Shown here: positions 30,586 through 42,495 of the stretch, piece after piece
Numbering within the stretch: position 1 is the first letter of the stretch
How the letters are laid out: each line of letters opens with the position of its first letter
NCBI GenBank assembly: GCA_963821525.1
Contig: CAWGED010000005.1
Coordinates: 800,001-864,000 of the forward strand
Direction: 5' to 3'
From: an uncultured Gemmatimonadales bacterium
Lineage (GTDB): Bacteria > Gemmatimonadota > Gemmatimonadetes > Gemmatimonadales > GWC2-71-9
DNA: 64,000 nucleotides
Notes under the pieces: generated by a model
The model's input: only the letters and a program-made list of their open reading frames with translations
What the model was told of the DNA's origin: nothing
Database searches by the model: none
Position numbers and translations under genes: made by a program

Positions 30586-30972
30586 ATGTACGGGATTTTG
30601 AAGGGACTCACGATGTTGGCGGCTGTCGCGACGTTGACTACCGCTGCGGCGGCTCCGGCCAAGATCTACACCAGCAAGCCTTTCGCCGGCGCCAAGGCGA
30701 ACACGGGGACCGTGACGGCAACGGTCGACAACGGGAAGATTACGCTGAAGGTGTCGGACGACTTCAAGATTCCTGATACTCCGGCTCCCAGCTGGCAGAT
30801 CGTGGATTCGCAGGGCAACACCTACCTGCTCAATCAATTCAAGGTCAAGGGCGGCACCAACCGGAGCATCACGCTTCCGGGCTATATCAAGGACGTGCAG
30901 AAGGTGCAGGTCTGGTGTTCGTATGCCGAAGTGCTGCTGGGAGAGACCAGCTTCGATGTGATTGTGCAGTAA
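30586..30972 (+). CDS. Secreted DM13-like protein
   Basis: Signal peptide, SDDFKIPDTPAP and VQVWCSYAEVLLG; GGAGG RBS. Confidence 0.7.
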   Translation: MYGILKGLTMLAAVATLTTAAAAPAKIYTSKPFAGAKANTGTVTATVDNGKITLKVSDDFKIPDTPAPSWQIVDSQGNTYLLNQFKVKGGTNRSITLPGYIKDVQKVQVWCSYAEVLLGETSFDVIVQ

Positions 30973-30986
30973 CAGCTCAAAATGTC

Positions 30987-31022
30987 ATCGCCGGTCGGGG
31001 GCTTCCCGGCCGGCGATTCTTT
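30987..31022 (+). terminator. Intrinsic terminator
   Basis: ATCGCCGGTCGGG/CCCGGCCGGCGAT stem followed by TCTTT. Confidence 0.75.
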
Positions 31023-31074
31023 GTCCGCTCTGAGACTGTGCAACGGGCCTGAACCTCAGGCAGTTAGTCGAGGC

Positions 31075-33352
31075 CTACATCCCATCCCCTCCCAGGTTGG
31101 CCCTGACCGCGTTCGCCACCGAGTCGGCCCGGTCGGCCTGGGCGGAATCGCCCTCAGCGCGAAGGGTATTGGCCATCGTCCCATAGACCACGCCATAGAG
31201 CGAGAGGATGGACGATGACGGCCGGTCCACCCAGCCCCTTAGGCCGGTTTCGCGCGACCTCTGAATAGTGATAGGTATCCCACATCAGCTTCTCGGTCCG
31301 CGGCAGGTTCGCGTAGCCGAGTCCCCGGGTCAGGATCACCGAATCCTTGGGCACCACCGGCTTCATCACCAGCTTCCGCACCAGGCCCTGCGTGATCAGG
31401 TAGGGCGTCAGGCCCAGGGTCTGGTCGGGATAGCCGCCCGCGCTCCAGGCAAAGAAGATCGGCCGCTGACCCACGTTGTCCCGGATCAGGAAAATCGTCG
31501 CCAGGTCGGAGAGCTGCAGATACTCGGAGCCGAAGGCGATCTCCAGGCTGTCGAACCGGATCCCGCCGTTCTTGGGAACCTGCTGCAGCTCGGGCAGGCT
31601 ATCGAGCTGGCCCTCGGTGAGGCGGAAGGCGGGCTCGGTGGGCTGCACCCAGTTGCCGTTCTTCCACAGATCGGCGGCCTTGGCCGGGTCGAATTGCGGA
31701 GTCACCCGTCGCTTGAGCTGGCGCAGGTGCCAGCGGGTGTTCATCAGCGAGAGGTTGGCCAGGGTGACGTCGCGCCGGATCCCTTCCACTTCCTGGGCGA
31801 ACCAGAGCGGGAAGGTGTCGTTGTCGCCCGCCGTGATCAGGATGCCATAGGGCTCGACCGACTGGAGCAGGTCGGATCGCGAAGTCGCGCGCGGCGGTCT
31901 CGTGGGCCCGGCTCGCCGTGACGTGATTCCCCAAGAGCGGGATGATACCGAGGAGCAGGACAGGAGTAGAGTAGGCCCAGCTCTGTTTCTCCGGAACCCG
32001 GTCGCGGAAGAAATCCGCCACTCCCCGCATCAACGCGCCGATCCCCACGGCAACCCAGAGTCCGAACCCGGCGAAGGAGACTACGAAGAAGTAGTCGCGC
32101 TCGCGGACTTCGCGCGCCACCTCACCCCTGGACGGATCGACCGGGATGGAGAACCCGTACTTGAAGTTGAGGTAGAAGATCAGGAGACCCGTCAGGGTGA
32201 ACATCAGCGCGGTGGATGCCCAGAAGGCTCGACGGTCCCGCTGCCACAGCGACCAGGCTCCCAGGAGTCCGGTCGCGGTGAAGATCCCGGTGGCGAGGCC
32301 GGCGGCTCTGCCCCAATCCCGCGCGAACTGCCAATTGAGGTACTGGAAGTAGTTCTTGATCTGCGACAGGAAGTCCGCCTGCCGGAGGAATACGGAAGGC
32401 TTCCCGTACTGCGCCCGGTTGAGCACCTCGTTGAGCGCGGTCCAGGTGGTCGGTTCGCCCTCGTTGATCGGCGGGAACTGGGCGGCCCGAATAGGCAGGA
32501 AGACGTAGTTGAGCGAGATCCCGATGATGACCGCGAGGACCGAGAGGTAGAGAATCGGCCGCTTGAACTCTCCGGGGTCCCGCCAGGCGGTGTAGGCCAG
32601 CACGGCCGCGATCAGGCCGAGCACGGCGATCTGTTGCTCGATCGGCCCGTCATGGATGACGCTCCACTTGCCGGTAACCGCCAGGGCCAGCGTCAGGCCC
32701 ATCGCCAGCACCCACGGGCGCAGGACCATCCCCGGATCGGTGAGCAGCACGTAGACCGCGACGGCCGGCCCGGCGAGAACGCCCATCATGTGATTGCAGG
32801 AGCTGAGCGCAATGATGTAGGCGATCAACACCAGCCAGCGGTCCCGGTGGGAGCCCGGCGCGTCGTCGGCCCAATGCACTCCCAGCCACATGACCAGTGC
32901 CGTGGAGAGGAGCGAAACCGTGTACACCTTCTCGTTCACCGTGGACTGGTTCCACACCGTCCACATCGTGGCGCTGACCAGGACACCGGCGAACGCCGCG
33001 GCCAGTCGCGCCCAGCGGATCGGTACCACCTCGCGCATCCAGCGATCGGCCACCAGGAACCAGAGCCCTGCCGAGAGTGCGCTGGTGAGTGCCGCGAAGA
33101 GATTGATGCGGGCCGCGTACGACTCGCTCAGCGGCAGAGCCCCGAAGGTATGAGCCAGCACCACGAAGAGCGGATTCCCCGGCGGATGCGGGAATGCCCA
33201 GCACATACGCGGCCGCGATGTATTCCGAGGTGTCCCAGAACGCGGTCGTGGGGGCCAGGGTGGCCACGTAGATGAGTAAGACCACCAGCGCGGTCAGGGC
33301 CGCGAAGAGATAGGGAGGTGGTTCTCGGGTGTCCGTCTGTCGCGATGGTCAT
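31075..33352 (-). CDS. DUF2723 / TMEM260-like polytopic membrane glycosyltransferase-type protein (3-4 frameshifts)
   Basis: [34 protein letters not shown] and GDNDTFPLW motifs across frames. Confidence 0.8.
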
Positions 33353-33368
33353 GTGGCTAGGGAAAGAA

Positions 33369-33442
33369 CGTGAGAGGTGAGAGGTAAGCGGTAAGCGGTG
33401 GGACGGGGAGGACCCGCTCACCGCTCACTGCTCACTGCTCAC
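33369..33442. repeat. Inverted heptamer arrays (GTRAGMG)n/(CGCTCAC)n
   Basis: gtgagaggtgagaggtaagcggtaagcgg ... ccgctcaccgctcactgctcactgctcac. Confidence 0.8.
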
Positions 33443-33447
33443 GCTGT

Positions 33448-34977
33448 TCAGTGTCGGAATTGTCGGCGTCCGGTCAGCACCATCGCCATGCCGTGCTTGT
33501 CGGCCGCGGCGATGACTTCCGCGTCCCGTACCGAACCGCCCGGCTGGATGATGGCGGTGACGCCAGCCGCCGCCGCCTCTTCGACCCCGTCGGCGAAGGG
33601 GAAGAACGCATCCGATGCCATGACGGCGCCGCGCGGGTCGTGACCCTGCTGCCGAGCCTTGTGCACCGCGAGGAAGGAGCTGTCCACCCGGCTCATCTGC
33701 CCGGCGCCGATCCCGATCGTCGTCTCGTTCCTGGCCAGCAGCACCGCGTTGGACTTGACCGCCGCCACCGCGGCCCAGGCGAAGCGCAGATCCACCAGCT
33801 CCGCCTCGGTCGGGCGGCGCGCCGTCGGGTATTTCCACTCCGCCTCTGCCGGCTCGAACACGAAACGGTCCTGCAGCAGCATGCCGCCACGGACCCGCTT
33901 GAAGTCGAGCCCGGCGGTGTTCCGCCAGACCGGCAGCTCCACGGCGCGCAGGTTCGGCTTGGCCGCGAACACGGCGAGGGCCTCGTCATGGAACGAGGGC
34001 GCAACGACTACCTCGATGAAGAGACTGGTGATCGCGACCGCCGTGACCCGGTCCACCACCGTGTTGAATGCGACCACCCCGCCAAACGCCGACTGCGGGT
34101 CCGACGACAATGCCTTCTTGAAGGCGTCCTCGGCCGTCCCGGCGATGGCGATGCCGCAGGGCGTCGTGTGCTTGATGATCGCGCAGGCCGGAACGTTGTG
34201 CCACAACGAGGCGGTCCACATCGCCGCGTCGAGGTCGAGAATGTTATTGAAAGAGAGTTCCTTGCCCTGGCGCTGTTTCAGATCCCGCAGGCCGCGCGGC
34301 TCCTCATCGACGTAGAGCGCGGCGCGCTGGGTCGGATTCTCGCCGTACCGGAGACTCATCAGCCGCTCGAAGGACCAGCCGATCCGGTGCGGCATCCCAT
34401 CTTCGCGGGGAGTGAGGTAACGGGCGATCGCTCCGTCGTAGTCGGCGGTATGGCTGAAGACCTTCGCGGCAAACTCCTGGCGAACCGCGCGCGGCACCTC
34501 GCCGTGACGGAGGAGGTCGAGCACCCGCCCGTAGTCGGTGGGGTCCACCACTACGATGACGGATTCGTGGTTCTTGGCCGCGGAGCGGAGCATCGCGGGC
34601 CCGCCCACGTCGATGTTCTCGATGGCGTCCTCGAAGCTGACCTGCGGCTTCGCGACCGTCTCCCGGAAGGGATAGAGATTGACGGCGAGGAGGTCGATCG
34701 GGGTAATGCCGTGGGTCTTGAGGGCCGCGGTGTGCTCGGTCATGTCGCGCCGCGCGAGAAGTCCGGCATGGATCGCCGGGTGCAGCGTCTTGACCCGACC
34801 ATCGAGGATCTCGGGGAAGCCGGTGATCTTGTCTACCGGTTGCACCGGCACGCCGCCCGCCTTGAGCGCCGCGTGAGTTCCGCCGGTGGAAATGATGTCC
34901 CAGCCGAGGTTAACCAGGCCCTGCGCGAACTGCACGATGCCGCGCTTGTCACTGACCGAGATCAACGCGCGCGGCAC
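33448..34977 (-). CDS. purH: AICAR transformylase/IMP cyclohydrolase
   Basis: [34 protein letters not shown] and SDAFFPF. Confidence 0.97.
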   Translation of the reverse strand: MPRALISVSDKRGIVQFAQGLVNLGWDIISTGGTHAALKAGGVPVQPVDKITGFPEILDGRVKTLHPAIHAGLLARRDMTEHTAALKTHGITPIDLLAVNLYPFRETVAKPQVSFEDAIENIDVGGPAMLRSAAKNHESVIVVVDPTDYGRVLDLLRHGEVPRAVRQEFAAKVFSHTADYDGAIARYLTPREDGMPHRIGWSFERLMSLRYGENPTQRAALYVDEEPRGLRDLKQRQGKELSFNNILDLDAAMWTASLWHNVPACAIIKHTTPCGIAIAGTAEDAFKKALSSDPQSAFGGVVAFNTVVDRVTAVAITSLFIEVVVAPSFHDEALAVFAAKPNLRAVELPVWRNTAGLDFKRVRGGMLLQDRFVFEPAEAEWKYPTARRPTEAELVDLRFAWAAVAAVKSNAVLLARNETTIGIGAGQMSRVDSSFLAVHKARQQGHDPRGAVMASDAFFPFADGVEEAAAAGVTAIIQPGGSVRDAEVIAAADKHGMAMVLTGRRQFRH

Positions 34978-34987
34978 GAGGGCTCCA

Positions 34988-35593
34988 TCACGGATTCGAC
35001 TCCACGGGCTGAGGTAGTGGGATCGGGCGGCCGGCTTCCGCGGCGGCCCGGACTACAGCCGGCAACAATCGATGTTCTGCTTCGAGCACCCGCGCGGCGA
35101 GCGTCTCCGCGGTGTCTCCCGGGAGAACCGGGACCCGGCTCTGGGCCAGGATCGGTCCCCGATCGTATTCCTCGTCCACCAGGTGGACCGTACAACCGGA
35201 AACCTTGGCCCCGCTCGCCAGCACCGCCTGATGCACCCTCAGGCCGTACATGCCTGGTCCACCGAACGACGGGAGCAGCGCGGGGTGAATGTTGATGATG
35301 CGATCGCGATAGGCTGCGATGACGGCCGGCGGCACCAGTTTCAGGTACCCGGCGAGAACGATCAGGTCCACGTGGTACTGACGGAGCGCTTCCAACCACT
35401 CGGCGTCATCGGCGGGGTTCCGGAACACCATTGCCGGGACCCCGAAAGCCTTGGCGTGCCCCAGTCCACCGGCGCTCGCCCGGTTGCTCAGTACCAGCAC
35501 CACCTTGGCGCCTCCGAAGTTCCGAAGGCTCTCGAGCAGCGCGAGGAGGTTACTGCCTCCGCCCGAGACGCACACGGCGATCTTCAGCGGCAT
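34988..35593 (-). CDS. purN: Phosphoribosylglycinamide formyltransferase
   Basis: SGGGSNL, NIHPALLP and GCTVHLVDEEYDRGPI. Confidence 0.95.
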   Translation of the reverse strand: MPLKIAVCVSGGGSNLLALLESLRNFGGAKVVLVLSNRASAGGLGHAKAFGVPAMVFRNPADDAEWLEALRQYHVDLIVLAGYLKLVPPAVIAAYRDRIINIHPALLPSFGGPGMYGLRVHQAVLASGAKVSGCTVHLVDEEYDRGPILAQSRVPVLPGDTAETLAARVLEAEHRLLPAVVRAAAEAGRPIPLPQPVESNP

Positions 35594-35811
35594 GGCGCAA
35601 GAAACTAAGGGGGCAGGGAGGGATGGTGTAGGGGGCCGAGGCAATTCGAGCGGCCTGAGCCGCGTGGCGACCGATCGGCTAATTGGTGGTCCCGCCAGAA
35701 GTTAGACGACCCATCCAGGACGTCCTGTCTCGAGCCGCCAAATTGGCCCTTCTCTTGCCGATATGTCAAGCAAATCAGCACTACACAGGCGCAGCCACCG
35801 AGGGGGAAGGT

Positions 35812-36685
35812 ATGAGAACCGTCAAGGAATTGATCGGTCGTGGGGCTGGCGTCCTCGCGATTGCCGCCAGCATCCTGTCAGGTGGCTGCGAGGCCACGCT
35901 GAAGGACAACGGGCTCCAGATCCAGCGGATCATCGCCGGGGTGACCGACGCGTCGGGCACCATCCACGCTTCGCTGGTTCAGGGCGACGCTCCGAACCCG
36001 AACGGCGGCCCGACCAACACCGCTGCGGGTTTCGCCGCGATGGTGACCGGGGGCAGCTCCCAGCAGACCATTACCGGCTCGGGTGCCTTCACCCGGATCG
36101 TCGTGGCCATGCCGGGCGCCCGGAACTACTACGAGCTGACCGTCCCGTCGGGAACTACCACTCCGATCATCCTGCGCGCGGCCGAGAACCTCTCCAGTAT
36201 GAACATGGGGGTGAGCTACGCGGTGGGCGATGCCAACGTGATCGGCAAATACACCGCGGCGACCGTCAAGATCATTAACGTGGGTAACGGTGACGTTCAG
36301 GTCAGCGTCTCCTGGAGCGACACCAGCGACGTGGACCTCCACGTGGTGGATCCGGCTCTTGAGGAGATCTACTTCGGCCACCTCACCTCGACGAGCGGCG
36401 GTAAGCTCGACCTGGACTCCAACGCGGCCTGCAGCCAGGACGAGCCCCAGCTTCCCCCACAAGAGCAACGAGAACATCGTGTGGCCGGTTGGTCAGGCTC
36501 CTCACGGTACTTTCACCGTGCGGCTGGCCTACTGGAGCGCCTGCAACGTCAGCGCACCGACCGACTACGTCGTGACCGTCGCCACCAAGGGCGGCGGGGC
36601 CCAGGTCTTCACCGGCCAGTTCACTGGTAGCGGTACCGGTGGCGGGGCTGGCAGCGGGACGCTGATTACGACGTTTACGTTCTAG
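35812..36685 (+). CDS. Lipoprotein with C-terminal YfaP/DUF2135-like domain (frameshift near 36440)
   Basis: Lipobox SGGC, VQVSVSWSDTSDVDLHVVDP, GGKLDLDSN and ENIVW. Confidence 0.7.
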
Positions 36686-36733
36686 TTGAACTGCAGCAGT
36701 AAGCCGTAAGCCTTAAGCCGTAAGCAAAACAGG

Positions 36734-36773
36734 AAGCCGCAGGTCCTCGCCCGGGATCTGCGGCTTTTGTTTT
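36734..36773 (+). terminator. Intrinsic terminator preceded by a (GTAAGCC)n heptamer array
   Basis: AAGCCGCAGGTCC/GGATCTGCGGCTT stem plus T-tract; the array lies at 36698-36725. Confidence 0.8.
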
Positions 36774-36816
36774 CTTGTGGCGTCTGGCAGTTGGCGGACG
36801 GCGCTGCTCACCGTCA

Positions 36817-36927
36817 TTCAACACGGAGAACACAAAGGCACAAAGAGTCACAAAGTCATCTTGAAGAACTGATTTCAGAAATGGTTTTCTTTGTGCGCTT
36901 CGTGTCCTTTGTGCACTTCGTGTTGAA
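36817..36927. repeat. Inverted nonamer-array element (CACAAAG-type) with perfect ends TTCAACACG/CGTGTTGAA
   Basis: ttcaacacggagaacacaaaggcacaaagagtcacaaag ... ctttgtgcgcttcgtgtcctttgtgcacttcgtgttgaa. Confidence 0.8.
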
Positions 36928-37010
36928 GCGTCTGGACCAGCCAAGTCGCCAAAGTCTTCCGGGAAGCAACTGACTGCCTTCGCTCACCGCTAACAGCTAA
37001 CGGCTGAGCC

Positions 37011-38369
37011 CTATCCCTCCACGGCTGCCTGTAACGCAGCCTTGATCGCGGGATAGTCCGCTTCCAGCAGCGTCCGCGGGTCCAGCAACACATGCCCCCC
37101 AGCCACTCGCACGATGATCGGTGGCTGGCTCAGGCGAAGCCGGACCGCGAGGCCCTCGGCGCCGAGGGGGCCGGCGTTGAGGGCGACGAGACTGGTCGGC
37201 AGCTTGGCACCGGGGAAGGAGCCGCCTCCTACCGCCGATTCTCCCGGAATGACCTCGGGCATGAACACCGGGGGACAGAGGCCGGCGAGCACTCTCGCGC
37301 GACGATCCAGCTCCGCCTCGTCCAGGGTCAGCATGCGGAGCACCGGGATCTCCCGTCTCGCGACCTCGGGATCGTGGTAGAGACCTAATGTCGCTTCGAG
37401 TGCGGCGAGGGTGAAACGATCGGCGCGGAGGGCGCGAGCCAGCGGGTTGGCGCGGCACCGGGCGATGATCTCCCGCTTGCCCACCAGACACCCCGCCTGG
37501 GGCCCGCCGAGCAGTTTGTCGCCCGAGAAGATGACGAGGTCGGCGCCCGCGGACACCGCGGTCTGAACCCGGGGTTCGGAGCTCAAGCCCCACGGACTCA
37601 GATCGAGCAGCAGACCGCTGCCGACATCATGCAGGTAGGGGAGCCGGCGCGAGTGAGCGAGCTCCGCGAGTTCATCTGACGACGGCGACGTGACGAAGCC
37701 GACCTGCTCGAAGTTGGAGCGATGCACCGTCAGAATCGCGGTCGCCCCGTCGATCGCGTTCTGATAATCGATAAGGTGAGTTCGGTTGGTGGTACCCACC
37801 TCCTGCAACACCGCGCCGCTCTTTCCCATGATGTCGGGGATGCGGAACGATCCGCCGATTTCGATCAGCTCGCCACGCGAGATGATGACTCGTCCACCCT
37901 GGGCCAGCGAATTGAGGGCGAGCACCAGCGCGCCGGCCGCATTGTTGACCGCCAGTCCATCCTCGGCTCCGGTCAGCTCCGCGAGCAGGGTGCGGCAATG
38001 ATCCGCCCGCTGGCCTCGAGCGCCCGATGCGAGGTCGTACTCCAGTGAGCTGTACCCCTCGGCCACTTCCTGGATGGCGACGGCCGCTGCGTGGGCCAGG
38101 GGTGCTCGCCCCAGGTTGGTATGCAGCACGACACCAGTCGCGTTTAGTACCGGCTGCAGCGAACGTGTGGTGTGCGCCTGGACCCGCTCGGCGATCTCCG
38201 CGGCCCAATCTTCAGGTGGACCGGCACGATTCGAGCGTGCCGCCTCCAGTGCCTCGCGCACCGCGACCACCACGACATTGCGCGGCACGGTCGCGAACAA
38301 GGCTTCCACTCCGGGGTCTCGGAGCAGGCGATCCACCGAGGGAAGCTGCCGCCGCGCGTCCGGGTTCAC
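37011..38369 (-). CDS. selA: L-seryl-tRNA(Sec) selenium transferase
   Basis: NATGVVLHTNLGRAPL, SRGELIEIGGSFRIPDI, EVGTTNRT and FSGDKLLGGPQAG. Confidence 0.95.
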   Translation of the reverse strand: MNPDARRQLPSVDRLLRDPGVEALFATVPRNVVVVAVREALEAARSNRAGPPEDWAAEIAERVQAHTTRSLQPVLNATGVVLHTNLGRAPLAHAAAVAIQEVAEGYSSLEYDLASGARGQRADHCRTLLAELTGAEDGLAVNNAAGALVLALNSLAQGGRVIISRGELIEIGGSFRIPDIMGKSGAVLQEVGTTNRTHLIDYQNAIDGATAILTVHRSNFEQVGFVTSPSSDELAELAHSRRLPYLHDVGSGLLLDLSPWGLSSEPRVQTAVSAGADLVIFSGDKLLGGPQAGCLVGKREIIARCRANPLARALRADRFTLAALEATLGLYHDPEVARREIPVLRMLTLDEAELDRRARVLAGLCPPVFMPEVIPGESAVGGGSFPGAKLPTSLVALNAGPLGAEGLAVRLRLSQPPIIVRVAGGHVLLDPRTLLEADYPAIKAALQAAVEG

Positions 38370-39740
38370 GGTTTCCCCGCACCGGGCTTTACGCCCGTGG
38401 TATCAGAAATCACGGAATCCTTCTTCTCCTCCTTGATCTCCGGAACCGAGAAGCCCGCCCGCGCTTCCTCGCTGGCGACGCCGTTCACGTTTCGAATCCC
38501 CGGCACATCGACCAGGTACTTGCCGGCTGGCTTGAAGGCGCTGTCCACCCGCAGCACCAGTTTGTCGAACAACGCAGGCCGCTGCGCGAGGAGCTGCTTC
38601 AAGGCGGTGGAGTCTGCCGCGCCGGGGCTGGGCCTGCCGGGTAAGCGGATCGGAGGCGGCTGGGCGAACTTCGGCTTCTTGCCCGCGAGACTATCCGCCG
38701 GTACCGCGGTGGTGTCCCGCGCGATCGAATCCGCCCGCAGCGAATCGATCCTGGCACGCACCACTAATTGGATGCTGTCGTCTACCGGTTTGGGGAGCAG
38801 CGAGGCCACGTGGACCGGAATCGAATCGGGCAATTCACGGAGCAGCACCTGCAAGGAGTCGAAGCGCTGCCGAGGATCGAGCGGCTGGGTGAAGGTGATC
38901 GTAGCGGAGACGCTGTCGTTCGCTGTGATCCCGGAGATCCGAGGCCCCACCGAATCGTGGGGATAGATCCAGAGGGCCGGAATCGTCGTCGTGCCCTGGG
39001 GAACCCGCACGCTGTCGAACGCCTCCCGATCTTCCTTCTGCAGGTTGTGGTTGGCGTCGAGCACCGCGAACGCGACGTACTCGCCCTGGGGCAGGGGCCC
39101 TATTCGGAACCGCCCCGACGAATCGGTGAGAGTGCGATAGATGAGCGTGTCCGGCATAAGGGCCAACGCGATCAAAGCCTGTCGAGCATACTGCCCGGCG
39201 ACCCAGTCCACTGCCTGTCCTTCGACCGTATCAGTCGGAAGCGGACCGCCGGTCGAGAAGGTGATGACGATACTGGTGTCGGTCTTGTTCCGGCTCAAAT
39301 CAACGATGCCCGGGAGCAGCTCGATGCGATAGACCCGGTTCGGCTTCCATCCTTCGCGGGGCCGGACCGTGATGCGATCCCGCTTCCATTTGATGTGCGG
39401 GATCTCGTGCGAGGGGGAAACCAGGATCAGGCGCTCGAGGTCTCCGGTGCCGAGCCCCATACTCGGAGTACTTCCCTCGGACACGATCTCATCGAAGCGG
39501 AATTCGACGTCCTTGTCCCAGCCGGGATAGACGCCGACCGATTCGGGTACGGTGGAGAGGAGGATGGGTGGAATGTGGTCCGTTGGGCCGCCGGGCGGGG
39601 GGGCCATTTTGGCGCAGGCGAGAAGGGCTGTCAGGGCGAGTAGGGCGGGACGAGACGGACAGGGCGGACGGAGCAGTAGGTGAACGCCCGACCGCCCCGA
39701 CCGCCCCGTCCGTCTTGTTCGACGCTGTCCAACCTCTCAT
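38366..39740 (-). CDS. Ig-like (Big_5) domain lipoprotein; 5' region frameshifted and repeat-containing, start approximate
   Basis: LLALTALLAC-AKMAPPPGGP.D..PP signature, FRFDE and FSTG; ATG overlaps the valS stop. Confidence 0.7.
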
Positions 39741-42495
39741 TCCAACCGGGCCCGCTTCTCCACCAGGACTGCGTGCTGCTCGCTCCAGCTGCTCAGCTTT
39801 TCCCGTTCCTTCGCCACGATCTCCTGAGGTGCCCGGGAGGTGAACTGCTCGTTGCCCAGCTTGGCTTTCTGGTTCTCGATAAGCTTGGTCAGGCGTTCCA
39901 GCTCGTTCTGAAGCCGGCTCCGTTCCTTGTCGAGGTCGAGAACCTCGCCGAGCGGGACGAAGAGCGAGCTCCGGTCAGTGAGCACGGCACTCGCACCGAC
40001 GCCGGCCGAGTCTCCGCCAAAGCGCAGTTCGGAAATCTTGGCCAATCGGCGAATGGTTCCCGATTCATCGTGAAAGGCTTTCTCCGCATCCTTACCCGCG
40101 ACCGTGACCACCGCCCGGACCGATTTGCCGGGCTCGATGCCATACTCGGCCCTGATCTGCCGGACCGCGACAACCAGTTCCTGAACCAGAGCGAAGGCAC
40201 GCTCAGCCTCGGCATCATTGGCGCGGCGGTCGGGCAGTGGCCATGCCGTGATACTGATTGACGCTTCTGCGTCCCGACCCGGCAGTCGCTTCCAAAGCGC
40301 TTCGGTGATGAACGGCATGATCGGGTGCAGCAGCTGGAGTGCTACCTCGAAGGTCCGGGCCGCGACCGCCCGGGCCACGTCTCCACCGGGCTGATCGCCG
40401 TAGAGTCGCGGTTTGATCTGCTCGATGTACCAGTCGGCGAAATCGCTCCACAGGAAATGGTAGACCGCGTTCGCCGCTTCGTTGAGCCGATACTTATCGT
40501 AGGCCTCGGTCGCCTGGATCACCATCGCGTTGCAGCGGGAGATGATCCAGCGGTCGGCCAGCGTCAGCTCTTCCTGCCGCACCACGTCTGGGTGATTCCC
40601 CGCCAACGGCCTAATCGTACCGCGCCGCCGAGCCGCCCATCCGCGACCGAGCGACCCTCAGGAGCGCGCGCGCGCGACTCGGGAGCGAGGGAGTCCTTTA
40701 GGACCGTACCGCCGAGATTGGAAAGCACAAACCGCCCCGCATTCCACAGCTTGTTGGCGAAGTTCCGCCCCGGAGAAAACGAGGTCTCCAGATCGCTCGG
40801 GTCGAGGATGACATCGGTGCCCACCGCCATGCCGGAGATCACGGTGTAGCGGAGTGCATCCGCTCCGAACCGGCTCACCACCTCGAGGGGGTCGATCCCG
40901 TTCCCCAGGGACTTGGACATCTTGCGGTGCTGGGTGTCTCGCACCGTGCCGTGCAGGTAGACGGTCGAAAACGGGATCTCCCCCATGAACCAGCATCCCG
41001 CCATCACCATGCGGGCCACCCAGAAGAACAGGATCTCGGGTGCCGTGACCAGTGTCGAGCCGGGATAGAAGCGGTCGAGATCCCTGGTCTTGTCCGGCCA
41101 TCCCAGGCTGGAGAAGGTGACGAGCCAGGAGGAGAACCAGGTGTCGAGCACGTCCTCGTCCTGTCGCAGCGGCGCGCCGCAGGAACACTGCTTGGGTTCT
41201 TCCCGTGCCACGATCATCTCGCCGCACTTGTCGCAGTACCAGACCGGTATGCGATGGCCCCACCAGAGTTGCCGGGAGATGCACCAGTCGCGAATCCCTT
41301 CCATCCACTGGCGGTACTCCTCGCCCCGCCGCTCCGGGATGAAGCGCAGCGTCCCATCGACGTAGGCCTGGAGTGCCGGCTTGGCGAGCGGCGCCATCTT
41401 CACGAACCACTGGTCCGAGAGGCGCGGCTCCACCACGGTTTCGCAGCGGTAGCAGTGCCCCACCGCATGGCGGTGATTCTCGACTTTGTCCAGCAGCCCC
41501 AGCTTCTCGAACTCGGCCACGACCTGTTTCCGGGCGACGAACCGATCGAGCCCGCGGAAACGCTCCGGCACCGCGTCGTTGAGGTGCGCGTCGGGTGTGA
41601 GAATGTCGATCGGTTCCAGATGGTGGCGGCGTCCGATCTCGAAGTCGAGCGCATCGTGGGCGGGAGTCACCTTCACGGCACCGCTCCCGAACTTGGGATC
41701 CACTTCTGAATCGGCCACGATCGGGATGAGCCGGTCCACCAGAGGCAGACGCACCTTCTTGCCCACCAGCTTCTTGTAGCGCTTGTCCTTGGGATTCACC
41801 GCGACGCCGGTGTCGCCCAGCATGGTCTCGGGCCGAGTGGTTGCGACGGTGATGAATCCGCTGCCGTCCTCGAGCGGGTAGCGGAACCACCAGATCTTGC
41901 CGTCCACCTCTTCCTTCTCCACCTCTTCGTTGGAGAGGGCGGTAAGGCAGCGGGGGCACCAGTTGATGATGTACTTGCCCCGGTAGATCAGCCCCTTCTC
42001 ATGCAGCCGCACGAAGACTTCCCGCACGGCGCGCGAGAGATCCTCGTCGAGCGTGAAGTAGGTGCGAGACCAGTCGGCGCTGGCGCCCAGGGCACGAAGC
42101 TGCTGCAGGATGGTATCGCCGGTTTCCCGCACGAAGGCCCAGACTCTCGCTTCGAACTCCGTTCGGCCGAGGTCGAAGCGGGTCTTTCCCTCCTGCGCGA
42201 TGATACGCTCCACCACGTTCTGGGTGGCGATGCCGGCGTGGTCGGTTCCCGGAAGCCAGAGTGTGACCCGGCCCCGCATCCGTTCGAACCGAGTGAGCAC
42301 ATCCTGGACGGTGTAGGTGAGACCGTGCCCCATGTGCAGGATCGAGGTCACGTTGGGCGGGGGCATCATGATCACGAAGGGCGCTCCTTTGCCCTTGCCC
42401 CCTTCGGGAGAGAAGAGCCCCTTGCCCTCCCACCAGCGATAAAGCCCGGGCTCGACCGCGCCCGGGGTGTATTGAGGCGGTAGTTCGTCGTTCAT
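39737..42495 (-). CDS. valS: Valine--tRNA ligase (frame break at the 89-bp insert, 40616-40704)
   Basis: PPPNVT..LHMGH, DHAGIATQ, DWCISRQLWWGH, KMSKS and C-terminal coiled coil. Confidence 0.95.
40616..40712. mobile_element. Palindromic REP/RPE-like insertion in valS flanked by the 8-bp direct repeat CGTACCGC
   Basis: Repeat copies at 40616-40623 and 40705-40712. Deleting 40616-40704 restores the frame (NLGGT|IRPLAGNHP). Confidence 0.6.

Noticed and set aside
33451..35295. Long antisense ORFs (e.g. 614 aa opposite purH, 533 aa opposite the patatin, 528 aa opposite thrS)
   Set aside because: Shadow ORFs caused by high-GC codon bias of real genes on the other strand; no motifs.
37011..38369. 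Selenoproteins near selA
   Set aside because: I found no in-frame UGA aligning to a catalytic Cys, no convincing SECIS, and no selB/selC/selD in the window. Readthrough of the TGA at 26980 does not enter the hydrolase frame.
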